From the NCBI GenBank assembly GCA_964016885.1, contig OZ024746.1, forward strand, positions 10,602,001 through 10,666,000: a stretch of 64,000 nt of DNA, in the 5' to 3' direction. The notes under the pieces were generated by a model. It was given only the letters and a program-made list of their open reading frames with translations. It was not told the origin of the DNA and did not search any database. Position numbers and translations under genes: made by a program. The stretch's first letter is position 1; the number at the start of each line of letters is the position of its first letter. The stretch comes from Eledone cirrhosa. Lineage: Eukaryota. This document shows positions 45,161-59,620 of the stretch, piece after piece.

Positions 45161-45331
45161 GACGATAATGACGGCGAAGATGGCGGCGTCGATGATGTCG
45201 ACGACGACGACGACGACGATAAGGACAATGATGGCGACGAAGATGACGATGACGATAATAAAAGATGACGATGATGATGATGATGATGAAAACACGTCGA
45301 CGAGGACGACGACGATGTTGATGATGATAAG

Positions 45332-45374
<43 letters not shown>

Positions 45375-45689
45375 TAAACTATACAATCATCGTCATCTGT
45401 ATCACCATCAACAGCAGCAATAGTAGCAGTAAACCCTATTACAATCACCTTCACAATGAACCCCGAATCTACAACCCACTACACAACTACCAACAGCAAC
45501 ATATTACTGTTGTTATGATTTGTCTCTTGGTATTGTTGTTGTTAGTGTTGTTATGTCGTTGAATTTGTTTAGCTCCAAGTCAGCTCCAATCCAACACGTC
45601 CACCACCAAAGGAATTCTAGCCCTAACAATGCCCCCCTTTTCTCTCTAGGTTTGGACCTAAATTAGAAACTACTTTTAATATTTACTAC

Positions 45690-46520
45690 TCCTTTACGGT
45701 CTGAGTTCAAATCCCGCCGAGGTTAACTTTGCCTTTCATCCTTACGGGGTCGATAAAATAAAGTACCAGTAATACACTGGAGTAATGCCTGGCCTTGTGT
45801 CAAAAATAGAAACAATATTTACTACACATAGCGTGGTAGATTAACAGGATCAGTAGAGCGTGGGACAACATGCTTCGTGACATAGAGTTACGGCCTTTTA
45901 CATTATGAGTTCAAATCCGGCCAAGTTTAGTTTTACCTTTCATCCCTGCAGGGTCGATAAAATAAAGTACCAGTCGATTTAATCGACTTTTTCCTTCCCC
46001 AAAATTGCTGGCCTTGTGCCTAAAATAGAAACAATATTTACTACACATGGCCTTGTGCCTAAAACATTATTATATAGGGCGGTGGATTGGCAGTGTCGGT
46101 AGAGGGTCGGACGCCATGCTTTCCAGCATAGTTACGTCCCTTTACGGTCTGAGTTCAAATCCCGCCGAGGTTAACTTTGTCTTACATCCTTATGGGGTCG
46201 ATAAAATAAAGTACCAGTAATACACTGGGTAATTGCTGGCCTTGTGCCTAAAGTAGAAACAATTATTATTTAGGGCAGTGAGTTGGCAGTAACGGTAGAG
46301 GGTCGGACGCTATGATTTCCAGTATAGAGTTTCGCCCCTTTATGGTCTGAGTTCAAATCCCGTCAAGGTTAACTTTGCCTTTCATCCTTACGGGGGTCGA
46401 TAAAATAAAGTACCAGTAATGCACTGGGATAATTGGTGGCCTTGTGCCAATAGTAGAAACAATTATTTAGGGTGGTGGATTGGCAGTATCGGTAGAGCGT
46501 CGGACAACATGCTTTGTGGC
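45690..46520 (+). mobile_element. Head-to-tail cluster of about 5 SINE S1 copies
   Basis: Repeated gagttcaaatcc..gtcgataaaataaagtaccag..gtagaaacaatt units. Confidence 0.9.
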
Positions 46521-46576
46521 AACAGTAGTAGTAGTAGTAGTAATTATAGTAGTAGTAGTAGTAGTAGTAGTAATTA

Positions 46577-46607
<31 letters not shown>

Positions 46608-46882
46608 TGTTGTTTAACCTTATACACAATATACAGACGATACAAAACATTCCAGTCGGTTCTACTTCGTCTTTGCTAGAATATCAATAACTATCTGACC
46701 TTTTCTTATTTAAGTTGTGATTTTGAGGAGATTTAGCTGCTATTACCAGCTGATATACTTGTTGTTGTAATGTTGTTGTTACTGCTATTGTTGTTCTGTA
46801 GGTTACGCTGAAGGTATGTAATAAAATGACACTCTTAGCATTCATTGTTGCTGTTATTTGTTGTTGTTATTGTGAAGTCACA

Positions 46883-47405
46883 TGCCTTAATGGTGAGAGC
46901 ACTGGGATCACAAGTCAGAGTGGGTGAGTTCGATTCCCGGATCGAGCGATGTATTATGTCCTTGAGCAAGACACTTTATTCCACGTTGCTCCAGTTCACC
47001 CAACTGTAGAAATATGTTGCGCTGTCACTGGTGCCGAGCTGTATCGGCCATTACTTTTCCCTTGGACAACATTGGTGGTGTGGAGATGTGAATTGGCAAG
47101 GGCCGTGAATTGGCAGTATCAGTAGAGGGTCGAACGTGCTTTCCAGCATAGAGTTACGTCCCTTTACGATCTGAGTTCAAATCCCGCCGAGGTTGACTTT
47201 GCCTTTCATCCTTACGGGGGTCGATAAAATAAAGTACCAGTAATGTACTGGGTAATTGCTGGCCTTGTGCCAAAAGTAGAAACAATTATTGGTGTGGAGA
47301 GGGGAAACTGGTATCCATGGGTGACTGCTGGTCTTCCATAAACAACACTTTGCTTGAGTTTGCTCCTCTGAGGGGAACATTCTAGATGTAACCCCGTTGT
47401 CATTT
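46883..47405 (+). mobile_element. CORE-like tRNA SINE interrupted by an S1 copy (about 47098-47290)
   Basis: gagttcgattcc B-box, tgtccttgagcaagacactt CORE-like motif; ggtgtggaga repeated around the S1 insert. Confidence 0.7.
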
Positions 47406-47584
47406 GTCACCGATGTGCGGGGGGGGGGGGGGGGTATGCAGAGAGGAAAGGAAAGGACTACGAGGTTGTTGTTATTGTTGTTGTTACTGCTGCTACTACT
47501 GCTGTTTCTACTAGTGTTATTAGTTCTGGTTCTATTACTATCCCTTGTGTTGTCATATTGCTGGTATAATCTGTTGTTGTTATG

Positions 47585-47645
<61 letters not shown>

Positions 47646-48409
47646 TGATAAATGATGCAGCTGTTTATCCCATTTATGTTGTAGAAGTTGTTGTTGTTGC
47701 TGTCAGTTTTCTCTTTGCTGACATGCAAGAAAATGTGCAATCTTATCAAGAAATCCAAAGATCCAAAGATAACGCCTCACGTGATTAAATATAACAACAA
47801 CAACAACAACAACAGCAACAACAACAAAATAACAACAGTTATAACTGACATCCCGTAGACACAAAGAGAGAACACAATAACAACTACTACAACATCTGTA
47901 TGGTAAAAATAGTGCTAATCATCAATTGCATCAACAACAACAACCAAAAAACAACAACACCCCAAAAAACAGCCCAAACAACAATAACCAAAAACAATAA
48001 CAACAACGACAACAATAACAACCAAAAACAACAACAACAACAACGACCAATACATGAATCTCGTTAATATAATCACTTTAAGTGGATTCAAAAATCTTCA
48101 TTGACAAGTAAGGCAACAACGAACAGTTCTTGTAAAGGTCATGGAGACCTCCGTTACTTCTACTTCGTAAAAATACAGACAACAATAACAATAACAACAA
48201 AGAAAATGAAAAAAAAAAAAAACCCTATCCAAACCCAAACCCTCTAGATACCTTTAAATAAACCATCTCCTTCGTTCAGTATCTAATCAGTATTATTGTC
48301 AGCCTAGCTGAGTTCTAACGCACCAGTTTACCGACATTTCCATGACTCATGTCTTTTTAAGAATCTTCCGTAAAGCCTGATCCATGGTGTCCTTCATCAC
48401 GAATTCATC

Positions 48410-48860
48410 TGTGTGATGTACACGCATATATGTATGTGTGTGTGTTTGTGTACGTACACGCATATGTGTGTGTGTGTGTGTATGTGTGTGTTTGTGTACG
48501 TACACGCATATGTGTATGTGTGTGTATGTGTGAGTGTTTGTGTACGTACACGCATATGTGTATGTGTGTGTGTGTTTGTGTACGTACACGCATATGTGTA
48601 TGTGTGTGTATGTGTGTGTGTGTTTGTGTACGTACGCGCATATATGTATGTGTGTGTTTGTGTGCGTACACGCATATGTGTATGTGTATGTTTGTGTACG
48701 TACACGCATATGTGTATGTGTGTGTGTGTTTGTATACGTACACGCATATGTGTATGTGTGTGTACGTGTGTGTGTGTTTGTGTACGTACACGCATATGTG
48801 TATGTGTGTGTTTGTGTGTGTGTTTTAGTGCGTACACGCATATGTGTATGTGTGTGCATG
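48410..48860. repeat. Compound minisatellite with tttgtgtacgtacacgcatatgtgtatg core
   Basis: About 11 units with variable TG spacers. Confidence 0.85.
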
Positions 48861-49385
48861 TGTGTGTTTGTGTGTGTGTATGTATCTACGTGCATATGTG
48901 TAGTTGTGTATGTGCATGTATGTGTGTATGTGTGTGTGTGTACGTGTGCATGTGTGTGTGCATGTGTATTGTGTGTGCGCATGTGTGTGTGCATGTGTAT
49001 GTGTATGTGTAAGTGCTTTTGTATGCATATGTACGTGCACATGTGTGTGTTTGTAGGTACGTGTGTGTGTGTGTGTTTGTACGTACGTGTGCGTATGTGT
49101 GTGTTTGTGTATGTTTAAGTGCCTGTGTGTCTACGCATATGGGCGTGTATATGTGTGTGCGTGTGACTTCATACTTTCAAGTTTACTCATGTTTTTTCTC
49201 GGCTTCCAGTGAAACTGATTTCTTTTATTTTGTCATGTGAACATTTTGCTGATTGAACAATTCAGAGTTAGGGATTATCTGACGTCAAACATTTGTACTA
49301 ACGTGGCCAGCGACTAGCAATGATGCAATATATCTTGGGATAAACCTCTCCTTAGTGCATCTTTCTCAGTGCAGATGTATGTATG

Positions 49386-49751
49386 TTATCTCTTTCTCTT
49401 AATTTCGAGTATATTTTTTTTGACCGGCCACCTTCCTGGTGGCAAGGTTGTAAAGAAAAGAAATTGTCATCCCTTGAATCGCAAGAATGTTTTGCAAATT
49501 TTGAAGGTGCCAGCTATCGCAGCCATTTGTAGACTATGAATTAGGGAGCTGCGCTTTTTGTCCGCAAATCCAAGTTCAGTCATACTTTGGTCCAAGCGGG
49601 TTGGTATATAACCCGTAGCACCAATAATGATGGGTATGAAGCTAAAGGTGTATCTTGGATACTGGATTTGTAAACTCTTCATCAATGGTCCGTAGATGTC
49701 CTCCTTCTCCTGTATTTTTCTGACAACGTTTACATCAAGTGGGCAGCTGAT
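49386..49751 (-). mobile_element. Short 3' copy of the R4/Dong-like element
   Basis: Nearly identical to 818-1183; gatgtatgtatgt on both sides. Confidence 0.9.
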
Positions 49752-50059
49752 GTATGTATGTATGTATGTATGTATGTATGTATGTATGTATGTATGTATG
49801 TATGTATGTATTGGTGTGTGTATATATGTTTGTATGTATGTATGTTCTTCTGGTTTTATAATTTCACAAATTTTTTCCCAATAGAGAGAGAGAGGCGGTT
49901 TCTAACATAGACACAAGACTCTCTCATTGGAATGTACACAACATCAACTAGGTAGATATGTATGTATGTCTGCATGCATGCATGTGTAGATATGGATGTT
50001 ATTGTATGTGTGGATGTGTATATGCTTTGTATCTGTACATGTGTATATGCAGTTATTAG

Positions 50060-50735
50060 ATGCAAAATGTTTGGAATGTTTTACATATTTTTACTGTTCC
50101 ATTAATGAATTGTACTTGTAATTTCATAACTAGTTGTGTTCTTTCTGTTCCTGTGAAGCCCAGCTTCTCAAGATTTGTATTGAGGCAGTTACTAACATAT
50201 CCCAGTGCCCCAATAATCACAGGCATAAATCTGAAGGATGGAGTATCTGCAGATTTCTCATCAGTTCTGCATAAATATTCTCCTTTTCGCTAATCTTTGA
50301 TATATTGGCATCTGCTGGGCAGCTAATTTCCACTAGTATGCATGCTTTCTTCTCCCTGTCCCATATCATAATATCTGGTCTGTTATGCCTGCATTTTATT
50401 GGGGTTTTTACTGGAACATTCCACCAGTACTTTTTCATATTATGTACATGGATGTCTTCCTTTTAATGTGTTTATTATCGGGGCTATCTTTTTTACGGAT
50501 TGCATTGTACAGTGTTTTGGCCACTACATCATGCCTCATAGGTAGATAGTACCGCGATGACATCTTTGGACAGCTGCTGATGACATGGGTGATATCTTCG
50601 GTGTTAGTTCTGCAGAGTGTGCACTTGTTATCACATCTGGGTGTTTTGCCTGCATCCCTATCTCTTTTGTGAATAAGGTATTACGTGCTAATCTCCTGTT
50701 CTTGGATTGCAAAAGCGTATCCTTCAACATCTATC
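50060..50735 (-). pseudogene. Second, diverged R4/Dong-like RLE LINE fragment
   Basis: EGYAFAIQEQE, CRTNTEDITHVISSC, RYYLPMRH and HNRPDIMIWD..VEISCP motifs across frameshifts. Confidence 0.85.
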
Positions 50736-50810
50736 TATTTATATGTATGCGCCCATGTGGCAAATAAAGAAATATATCTGTATGCATTCATATATATATA
50801 TATACATATA

Positions 50811-50892
50811 CACAAGGTCTCCCCAAAAATGTATACACACTTCAACAGCATTCTAATCAAAGTGTGTATACATTTTTGAGGGAAACACTATG
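50811..50892. mobile_element. Tc1/mariner-type MITE
   Basis: ccccaaaaatgtatacacactt / aagtgtgtatacatttttgaggg. Confidence 0.65.
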
Positions 50893-50918
50893 TATATATA
50901 TATGTATATATATACACA

Positions 50919-50973
<55 letters not shown>

Positions 50974-51150
50974 TTACAGACGTACAGTAGTATGTATATA
51001 TATACATACATGCACACATATATATATGTACGTATGGATTTACCGAACATTTATTATAATGCTCCGTTTGTTTGTAAACAAACATCCCGAATTAAGCCGT
51101 ACAGTGTTTAGCAACCATCGTTGCCCTTTTGTTCAACACTGACACATACA

Positions 51151-51246
<96 letters not shown>

Positions 51247-51525
51247 TATGTATACGTATATACATATATGTATACAGACGTACAGTAGTATGTATATATA
51301 CATACATACATGCACACATATATATATGTACGTATGGGTTTACCGAACGGAAGGACGAAAGTCAAAGCTAACTCAGAACGTAAAGGGCCGTAACTATACG
51401 CCACAAACCATGTTGGTGAACGCTCTACCGATACTGCCAATCCATCCAATGTAGAATTAATAGTAATAAAGATGGGGGAAATAGTGACACACACACACAT
51501 ACAGACATACACACAGACAGACATA

Positions 51526-51564
<39 letters not shown>

Positions 51565-51805
51565 AGACAGACAGACATACACACAGACAGACATAGACAC
51601 ACACACACACAGACAGACAGACACACATACACACATATACACACACACAGACATACAAACACACAGACAGACACATACACAGACAAACATACACAGCTAC
51701 ATCAGTAGCAATGGCGACGCCGGCGCCACTGAAGATAACAACGATGATTATGGCGCTCCAAGACAATACAACTCCTACATGTAAGGATTAGTGGAAAAAC
51801 AGTTA

Positions 51806-52665
51806 TCTATATATTAATTTCAACAATTTCAGTATTCCGTGTGTCATAATTCTCGATTATCATTGGTTCATATGTTTCAAACGACTCCGCCCACCTCAAC
51901 GATGCCAAACGTAAATTAATATGCATAATGCCAATGAGAGAGTGAGAGGGGAGAGTAAGAAACAGAGAGGCAAAGTGAACGCTGTAACTATTACCATGTG
52001 TGCGTGTGTATGTACGTGAGCGTATGTTTATGTGTGTGTGCGTGCGTGCAGCGTTCTACAGAAAGTAAAAGCAATTCGACTTTATCAAACAGTGAACTAC
52101 AAGGGCGACGGCGTGCAGCCAGGAATGAAGAAAAACGGGCCGAACACCGCCATCGGAACGCCGAACTTCAGAGGCGAAGACGTGCCGCTATGAATGAAGG
52201 GGAGCTGGCTGAACAACGCCAACGAAACACTGGAGCCAAGCAGCGACGGCGTGCTGCGATGGTTGAAGACGAACTGGCTGAGCATCATCTGTTATATTAA
52301 ATATCTATATCTATATCTACATATAATATAACAAATTGGAACTTCCATCATCCTTTTGAGAAACGTAAAACAACCACGTCTATGCAATGATACACGTTTT
52401 ATAGTCAAACAGAAGATGAACCGTCTCCCAGAGGTCACTATTCTAGGTGGGAGCACCTAGAATTGTTCATATACTATGCACAAACGGTACAACGAAGAAT
52501 CTGGTATATCTGGAAACATTTTTTAACTGTTTTTTTTTGTATCACACAGACACCACGGACTCGCCTCATACTGTAACCAGACAAACATCCAATACAGTCA
52601 TTTTCTCTTTTACCTGTCTTCTCTTATAATCTGTTTACCCGGGCGAAGCTGGGTACGTCAGCTAG
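51806..52665 (+). mobile_element. Internally deleted Helitron
   Basis: A|TCTATAT start (tentative); STPR-like repeats at 52090-52290; SRVGAPRIVHILCTNGTTKNLVY helicase C-terminus; 3' hairpin cccgggcgaagctggg then CTAG|T. Confidence 0.8.
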
Positions 52666-52779
52666 TAAATGATTCTAATTTCACTCACTAAACACCAGGG
52701 AACATCAATCACGTCTGTCATCCTTTCACTACTTTACCTTCTAGCTTGCGTTCTTTTTAAAAAGTTATGAACCTGGTTC

Positions 52780-53144
52780 TAGTGGAGGATATATTATAAG
52801 AGAGGGGTGGAGAGAGGGGTAGAGTGAAGGGGTGGAGTGAGGGGGGAGATTGAGAGAGGGGGGAGGAGGGAGAGGGAGAATAAGAATAAGATGATGATGA
52901 TGATGATGATGTTGATGAGGAAGAAGAAGAGATAGAGTGATAGAAATAGAGGTAGAGAGAAAACGAGAGAGAGAGAGCGAGAGAGAGAGAGAGAACGGGG
53001 GAAATAGATGGAGAGAAGAAGAAGAAGGAGAAGAAGAAGACGACGAAGAAGAAGAAGAAGAAGAAGAAGAAGAAGAAGAAGAAGAAGAAGAAGAGATAGA
53101 GAGATAGAAATAGCGACAGAGAGAAAAAAGAGAGAGAGAGAAAC

Positions 53145-53218
<74 letters not shown>

Positions 53219-53390
53219 GGGGAAATAGAAGAGGAGAAGAAGAAGACGAAGAAGAAGAAGAAAAAGAAGAAGATGATGATGATGATGAAGAAGAGATAGA
53301 GAGATAGAAATAGAGATAGAAAGAAAACGAGAGAGGGGGAGAGAGAGAGAGAGCTGGGGGGGGGGGGGGGGTAGAGAAGGAGAAAAGAGT
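52780..53390. repeat. Purine-rich GA/GAA/GAT low-complexity tract
   Basis: Direct reading. Confidence 0.9.
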
Positions 53391-53583
53391 GAACTGACGA
53401 GTGTAAATAGGAAGGAAACGGAAATATTGAGAAAATATTGTTTATGAAATTACTAGATTGAGATACACAATAAAATAATGGATGGCATAGCGGAAGACAT
53501 GGTGTGTGTGTGTGTGTGTGTGTGTTTTTTGGGGGGGGGGGTTTATAAGAGATCGATACTTTAGATTGAAACACACACAGACT

Positions 53584-53633
<50 letters not shown>

Positions 53634-54057
53634 AGTCCAGAATACGTGTCATGTATATATATATATGTGCGTATGTGTGCATATATCTGCATTGAAAGTG
53701 AAATTAGGTAGACGTAAACTATTTCGATGCCCGTCGGATCGACTATACCTGTAATTCAATGAGAGCCTTATCGTACACTTTGTCACGCTGAAATACCCTG
53801 AGATTTACGTTAAAAGTACTCGTGTATGTGGAATACTCAGCCATTTGTACGTTAATTTCATGAGCAGACAGTTCATCAAATAACTGGAACACTCACCGTG
53901 TCAACCCACGGAGATCCATTACTATGTCTGTGTGTGTTTCAATCTAAAGTATCGATCTCTTATAAACCCCCACCCCCACCCTATGTCTTCTGCTATATAT
54001 ATGACGCGTATTCTGGACTTAAATATATGTATATATGCACACACTTAAATAATACGC

Positions 54058-54114
<57 letters not shown>

Positions 54115-54115
<1 letters not shown>

Positions 54116-54259
54116 GAGTCTTAACGTTTCGGATACTAGTCCTTCACCAGAAAATAGAATTAGAAATAGAAGATAAATAAAAAGTAAAGAGTGATAAGAT
54201 GAAGGAACGGTGATAAACGACGAGAGAAATGGGTAAAAAAACACACAAACACATGCGTA

Positions 54260-54260
<1 letters not shown>
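54115..54260 (-). mobile_element. Family D2 HHR element, mutated
   Basis: Minus CTGGTGA-A-GGAC-tagt-ATCC-GAAACGTT at 54150-54123. Confidence 0.6.
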
Positions 54261-54302
<42 letters not shown>

Positions 54303-54308
<6 letters not shown>

Positions 54309-54605
54309 AAAAAAGATGAAATCGAAAATGCAACTGGAGTCTTTTAAAAAAAAATATATATATATTTATTTGGTTCTTTTACCGGTTTCGCAGTTCTTTT
54401 GCTTTTCAAAAGTAGAGTTGATATGAAGGATCTGTGGTTTTTCTCACATCTCAACTCTACTTTTGAAAAGCAGAAGAACTGCGAAACCGGTAAAGGAACC
54501 AAATAAATATATATATATTTTTTTAAATAAGACTTCAGTTGCATTTTTGATTTCATCTTTTTTCCTTATATATATATACTTTTTCATTTTGTAAAAAAAC
54601 CTCAC

Positions 54606-54620
<15 letters not shown>
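54303..54620 (+). mobile_element. Fold-back half-hammerhead element with about 120-bp arms
   Basis: 54303-54425 mirrors 54445-54570; right arm has gc-GAAAC-CG-GTA (palindromic stem III). Confidence 0.75.
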
Positions 54621-54639
<19 letters not shown>

Positions 54640-54642
<3 letters not shown>

Positions 54643-54761
54643 TAAGGTAATGAATTCTTTTACAATGGAATTAGCTCGAAGGAGGAAAATACCCCTGAGC
54701 CGTGTATAAACTAATATATATGTGATGAAACACAGATACCTGTGTTTCATCACATATATAT

Positions 54762-54770
<9 letters not shown>
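54640..54770 (-). mobile_element. Small fold-back element in (TA)n
   Basis: taaactaatatatatgtgatgaaacacag-atac-ctgtgtttcatcacatatatattagttta plus a one-sided tail. Confidence 0.65.
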
Positions 54771-54836
<66 letters not shown>

Positions 54837-54966
54837 TAACAGATTAAAGTTTAAGCAAAGAATCGCTGCTTTCAACCTTAGCGGGATATATATTTATCCT
54901 TATCGAGCCCTCTTTGATTTTAGTCTTCACATTTATAATTATTACTATATATATATATATTTTTTT

Positions 54967-55569
<603 letters not shown>

Positions 55570-55954
55570 TTTTATTGTGGGTCATTTGGTCATTGGACTG
55601 TAGCCATGTTGCGATATCGACTTGACGACAATCGCCAATTTTATCAATCCTCAGAACGTGAATACAACTTATTTCTTCCGCTTCGAAATGATAAAATAAA
55701 AGGTCATTTAATGAATATTCTATAAAAATGTTTGTTGAAGAGATTTTGAACCAGTTTAATTGTGTTTATCTTCTTAAGACAACATGTATAGTGTTATTTG
55801 AAATATATGGAAATTATAGAAAACAAGGATGATGAATTTTGCAACGGTTGAGGTCCATTCTCTTACATTGACGTCATAAATACCTCTTTGATATTTCCCT
55901 TGTATCCTTCGTCATATATATATATAGGTTTTTGTGAAACATGTCAACTCTATT

Positions 55955-56017
<63 letters not shown>

Positions 56018-56669
56018 GTCTATCTTTCTTTCCCACCACACATTCGCACACACTCATATATATACCATACACACACATACTTACACAGTCATTCACATAA
56101 ACCTACATATTCTTCGAAAGATATCTAACTCATGAATGTATTAATTAATTAATTATTTAATTAATTAATATATCCTAAAGTACTCGTTTCTAATTAGTTC
56201 AGTAAATTGGAAATATATTTGCCTCAAATCAAACGAAAATAACAACAGAGAAGTTAGAAAGTGAAAAACTTCCACATCTATAGTTTACTATACAGTCACA
56301 GATATGGTTGTGTAGTGATGGGGTTAGTTCTGTAGCCAAGTGGTTCTGTGCTTGGACTGGCCTTGCGCGGCATCCTGAGCAAACGTCTTCTAATGTAGAA
56401 TTTGATAGATGGATACTGCAGAAAGCCGTCACACACTATGTATATATGTATATATGAACTGGAGCATGCGAAAGAAAAAGTATCTTGCTCAAGGACATAA
56501 CGCGCCGCTGAGTCAAAATCATGACTTTACGACCGTCAGCTGAACTTATGAACCATCATCATAACAACCACTATAACCTCAACTCAACCACCACTACTAT
56601 CACTACACTAACTACCAAACTGTCACAGCTACTACAGTGCTATAACTACCACCATAACCACCACTACTA

Positions 56670-56810
56670 TAACCACTGTAAGTACCCCCACAACCACAAC
56701 ATCTATCATCACTGTAAGTACCACCACAACCACAACATCTATCATCACTGTAAGTACCACCACAACCACAACATCTATCATCACTGTAAGTACCACCACA
56801 ACCGCCACTA
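56670..56810. repeat. 33-bp tandem repeat (ccacaaccacaacatctatcatcactgtaagta) in a CAC/TAC-rich tract
   Basis: 3-4 copies. Confidence 0.8.
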
Positions 56811-57079
56811 CTACCACTGCTATAAATACCACCTCAGCCACTACAACTACTACCACAACTACTACCACAACCACCACCACAACCACCACCTCTATCGATA
56901 TTATAACTACCAATATAATATACACCAACCACACAACATTACTACAACTCTCATCACTATTACTAATAGCAGTACTATGATTATCAGTAACAAGAGGAAG
57001 GTGAATTTCAACCTGGTTTTGGTAGAAATCTCTGATAAGTATACCACTGATCGATGTTTGTTCGAAAGAAAACAGCAAA

Positions 57080-57122
<43 letters not shown>

Positions 57123-57445
57123 AATAAAAATAAAGCAAAATATTAAAAATAAACAATAAAAATAAATAAAAGCAAAGAAATAGAAAGTTTGAAAAAGAAA
57201 TATGAAAAAAACAAACCAAAAACCAAAAAACCAGAAAAGAAAATTAATAAATTAAATAGGTTTTTTCCCAAGTAAGTTAATGTGTGCAAGTGTTTATTAA
57301 CCCGTTTTTTTTCTATTCACTAAATCAATGTTGCGTGAGCTTACCTGTGTAATTGTGATAAACGCAAGGTGAGTTTAACTGTCTGTGTACATACATCAAC
57401 ACATGCATATTTGTAACTTAATGTGTGCTTGTACACGTTTTTAAC

Positions 57446-57506
<61 letters not shown>

Positions 57507-58030
57507 CCGCACTTTCTCTCTCTCCTTTTTCTTTGCGTCTTTCTGTTTTCGTCCTTGCATCTCTTTCTCACCCCCTGTCTTTTAGGTTCTCTATGTATGT
57601 ATGTATGTATGTATGTATGAGCATGTACACAAACACATATATGCAAATACATGCCTATAACCATACCAATTTATACATGAATTTAATTAGTATGCGAAAA
57701 CAAACAAACACACACACAGCTACATATTGTCTTCTGCAATAGCACACACACACACACATGCACAGACTAACACACATATATATATACACACACACACACA
57801 CCACACACACTACACATACCAAGAAAACATTAGCCTACCCCAGTCAAACGAGAAGAATAGGATAAGATCTAGAAGGAGAACTAGTAATAGTAGTGGTAGT
57901 AGTAGAGGTGGTGGTGGTGGTGACGGTGGTAGTAGTAGTGGTGTTAGTAGTAGTGGAAGTGGTAGTAGTGGAGGTAGTAGTAGTGGAGGTGGTAGTAGTA
58001 GTGGTGTTAGTAGTAGTGTAGGTGATGGTT

Positions 58031-58069
<39 letters not shown>

Positions 58070-58394
58070 ATAGTAGTAGTAGTAGTAGAGGTGGTGGTGG
58101 TGGTGGTGGCGGTGACGGTGGTAGTAGTAGTGTAGGTGATGGTTATAGTAGTAGTAGTAGTAGCAGCAAAAAAAAAAGGACAAGAAAATTGATAAACGTA
58201 AAATGAAGAAACGCCGGGAATGAGAAGAATGAGGCTGAAGAGGAGGGTTAAGAGGAGGGGTAAGAGGATATGGAGGGTGAAAGGGAGTGGTAAGAGGAAG
58301 TATATGGCAGAAAGAGAGAAAAGTCAACCGAGAGGAAAGGTAAGCCGAGAAGATGGAACAGAAATTAGTAATGAGGTTTCTCTCTCGCTTTGTG

Positions 58395-58596
58395 TGAGGC
58401 ATGGCTGGATAACATCCATGAGGTTGGCTGGTCACGCCTGGGGATCCAACTGGATCAGATGGAGATGTTTACTTCTGACAGGACCTGCTGGAGGAGGGTG
58501 TTTGAGTACTCTTCCCCCAGGACCCTCTCTGGAATAAGTGGGGCGAAGAAGAAGAAGAAGAAGAAGAAGAAGAAGAAGAAGAAGAAGAAGAAGAAA
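58395..58596 (+). mobile_element. RTE LINE 3' end with (GAA)n tail
   Basis: AWLDNIHEVGWSRLGIQLDQMEMFTSDRTCWRR; ends ggaataagtgggg(c)gaagaag. Confidence 0.7.
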
Positions 58597-59149
58597 TCTT
58601 AATATATAAAAAGCAGCAGTTTAAATGTTTCCAGATTAAATCTCGTCAAGGTCAACTTTGATTTTCATCTTTTATTATTTTTTGATCGATAAATAGAGAA
58701 ACCAGTCCAGGGCTGGTTGATTGGCGAACATCGGACGAGATTTATTGCGGTATCTGTTGTGTGTCTTGACATTCCGAGTTCAAATCCCGCGCCTTTTACT
58801 CATCCCTGTTTGGCCAACGCGGGCAGTTAAGTGACCATAGTTTCTGAGACCTCATCTGGCAATGAAACGAAGACGACTGGGTAGATATATGAATTGGTAC
58901 TTAAGAATTCTCTCATAATATACTATTTGGTTGACGTCCGCACAATTAAGTGGAAAGAAATATGCCTCGTAATGATAATGGTTTCTGATTTAGGAATAAT
59001 TCCAAAGATTTTTTTTGGTGGTGGTGGTGGTGGTGGTGGTGGTGGTGGTGGTGGTGAGGGTTGTCGATTAAATCGTGGCGTTAAAGTGGACGACAGATAA
59101 GGTCTACCACTTGAGTTGTGATATCTAGGTATTTGATTGTTTGTGGTGT

Positions 59150-59620
59150 GACGGCAGAAGACTGGTAGAATCGTTAGAAAGTCGGACAAAATGCTTCGAG
59201 GCTTTTGGTTACTGCCTTTTACGTTCTGAGTTCAGATCCTGCCAAGGTGTGACTTTGTCTTTCATACTTCCGTGGGCCGATAAAATACAGTACCAGTCAC
59301 GCACTGGGGTCGATATAACCGACTTTGCCCTCTCTCAAGTCGCTGGCCTTATGAATAAATTAAACATTATTATTAGCGTTGTTGGCACAAGGCCAGCAAT
59401 TACCCAGTGCATTACTGGTACTTTATTTTATCGACCCCGTAAGGATGAAAGGCAAAGTCAACCTCGGCGGGATTTGAACTCAGATCCCTTTACGATCTGA
59501 ATTCAAATCCCGCCGAGGTTGACTTTGCCTTTCATCCTTACGGGGGTTGATACAATAAAGTACCAGTAATGCACTGGGTAATTGCTGGCCTTGTGCCTAA
59601 AGTAGAAATAATTATTATTA
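59150..59620. mobile_element. Old SINE followed by a twin inverted S1 pair
   Basis: 59383-59485 mirrors 59494-59597; agcgttgt repeated at both outer flanks. Confidence 0.85.
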
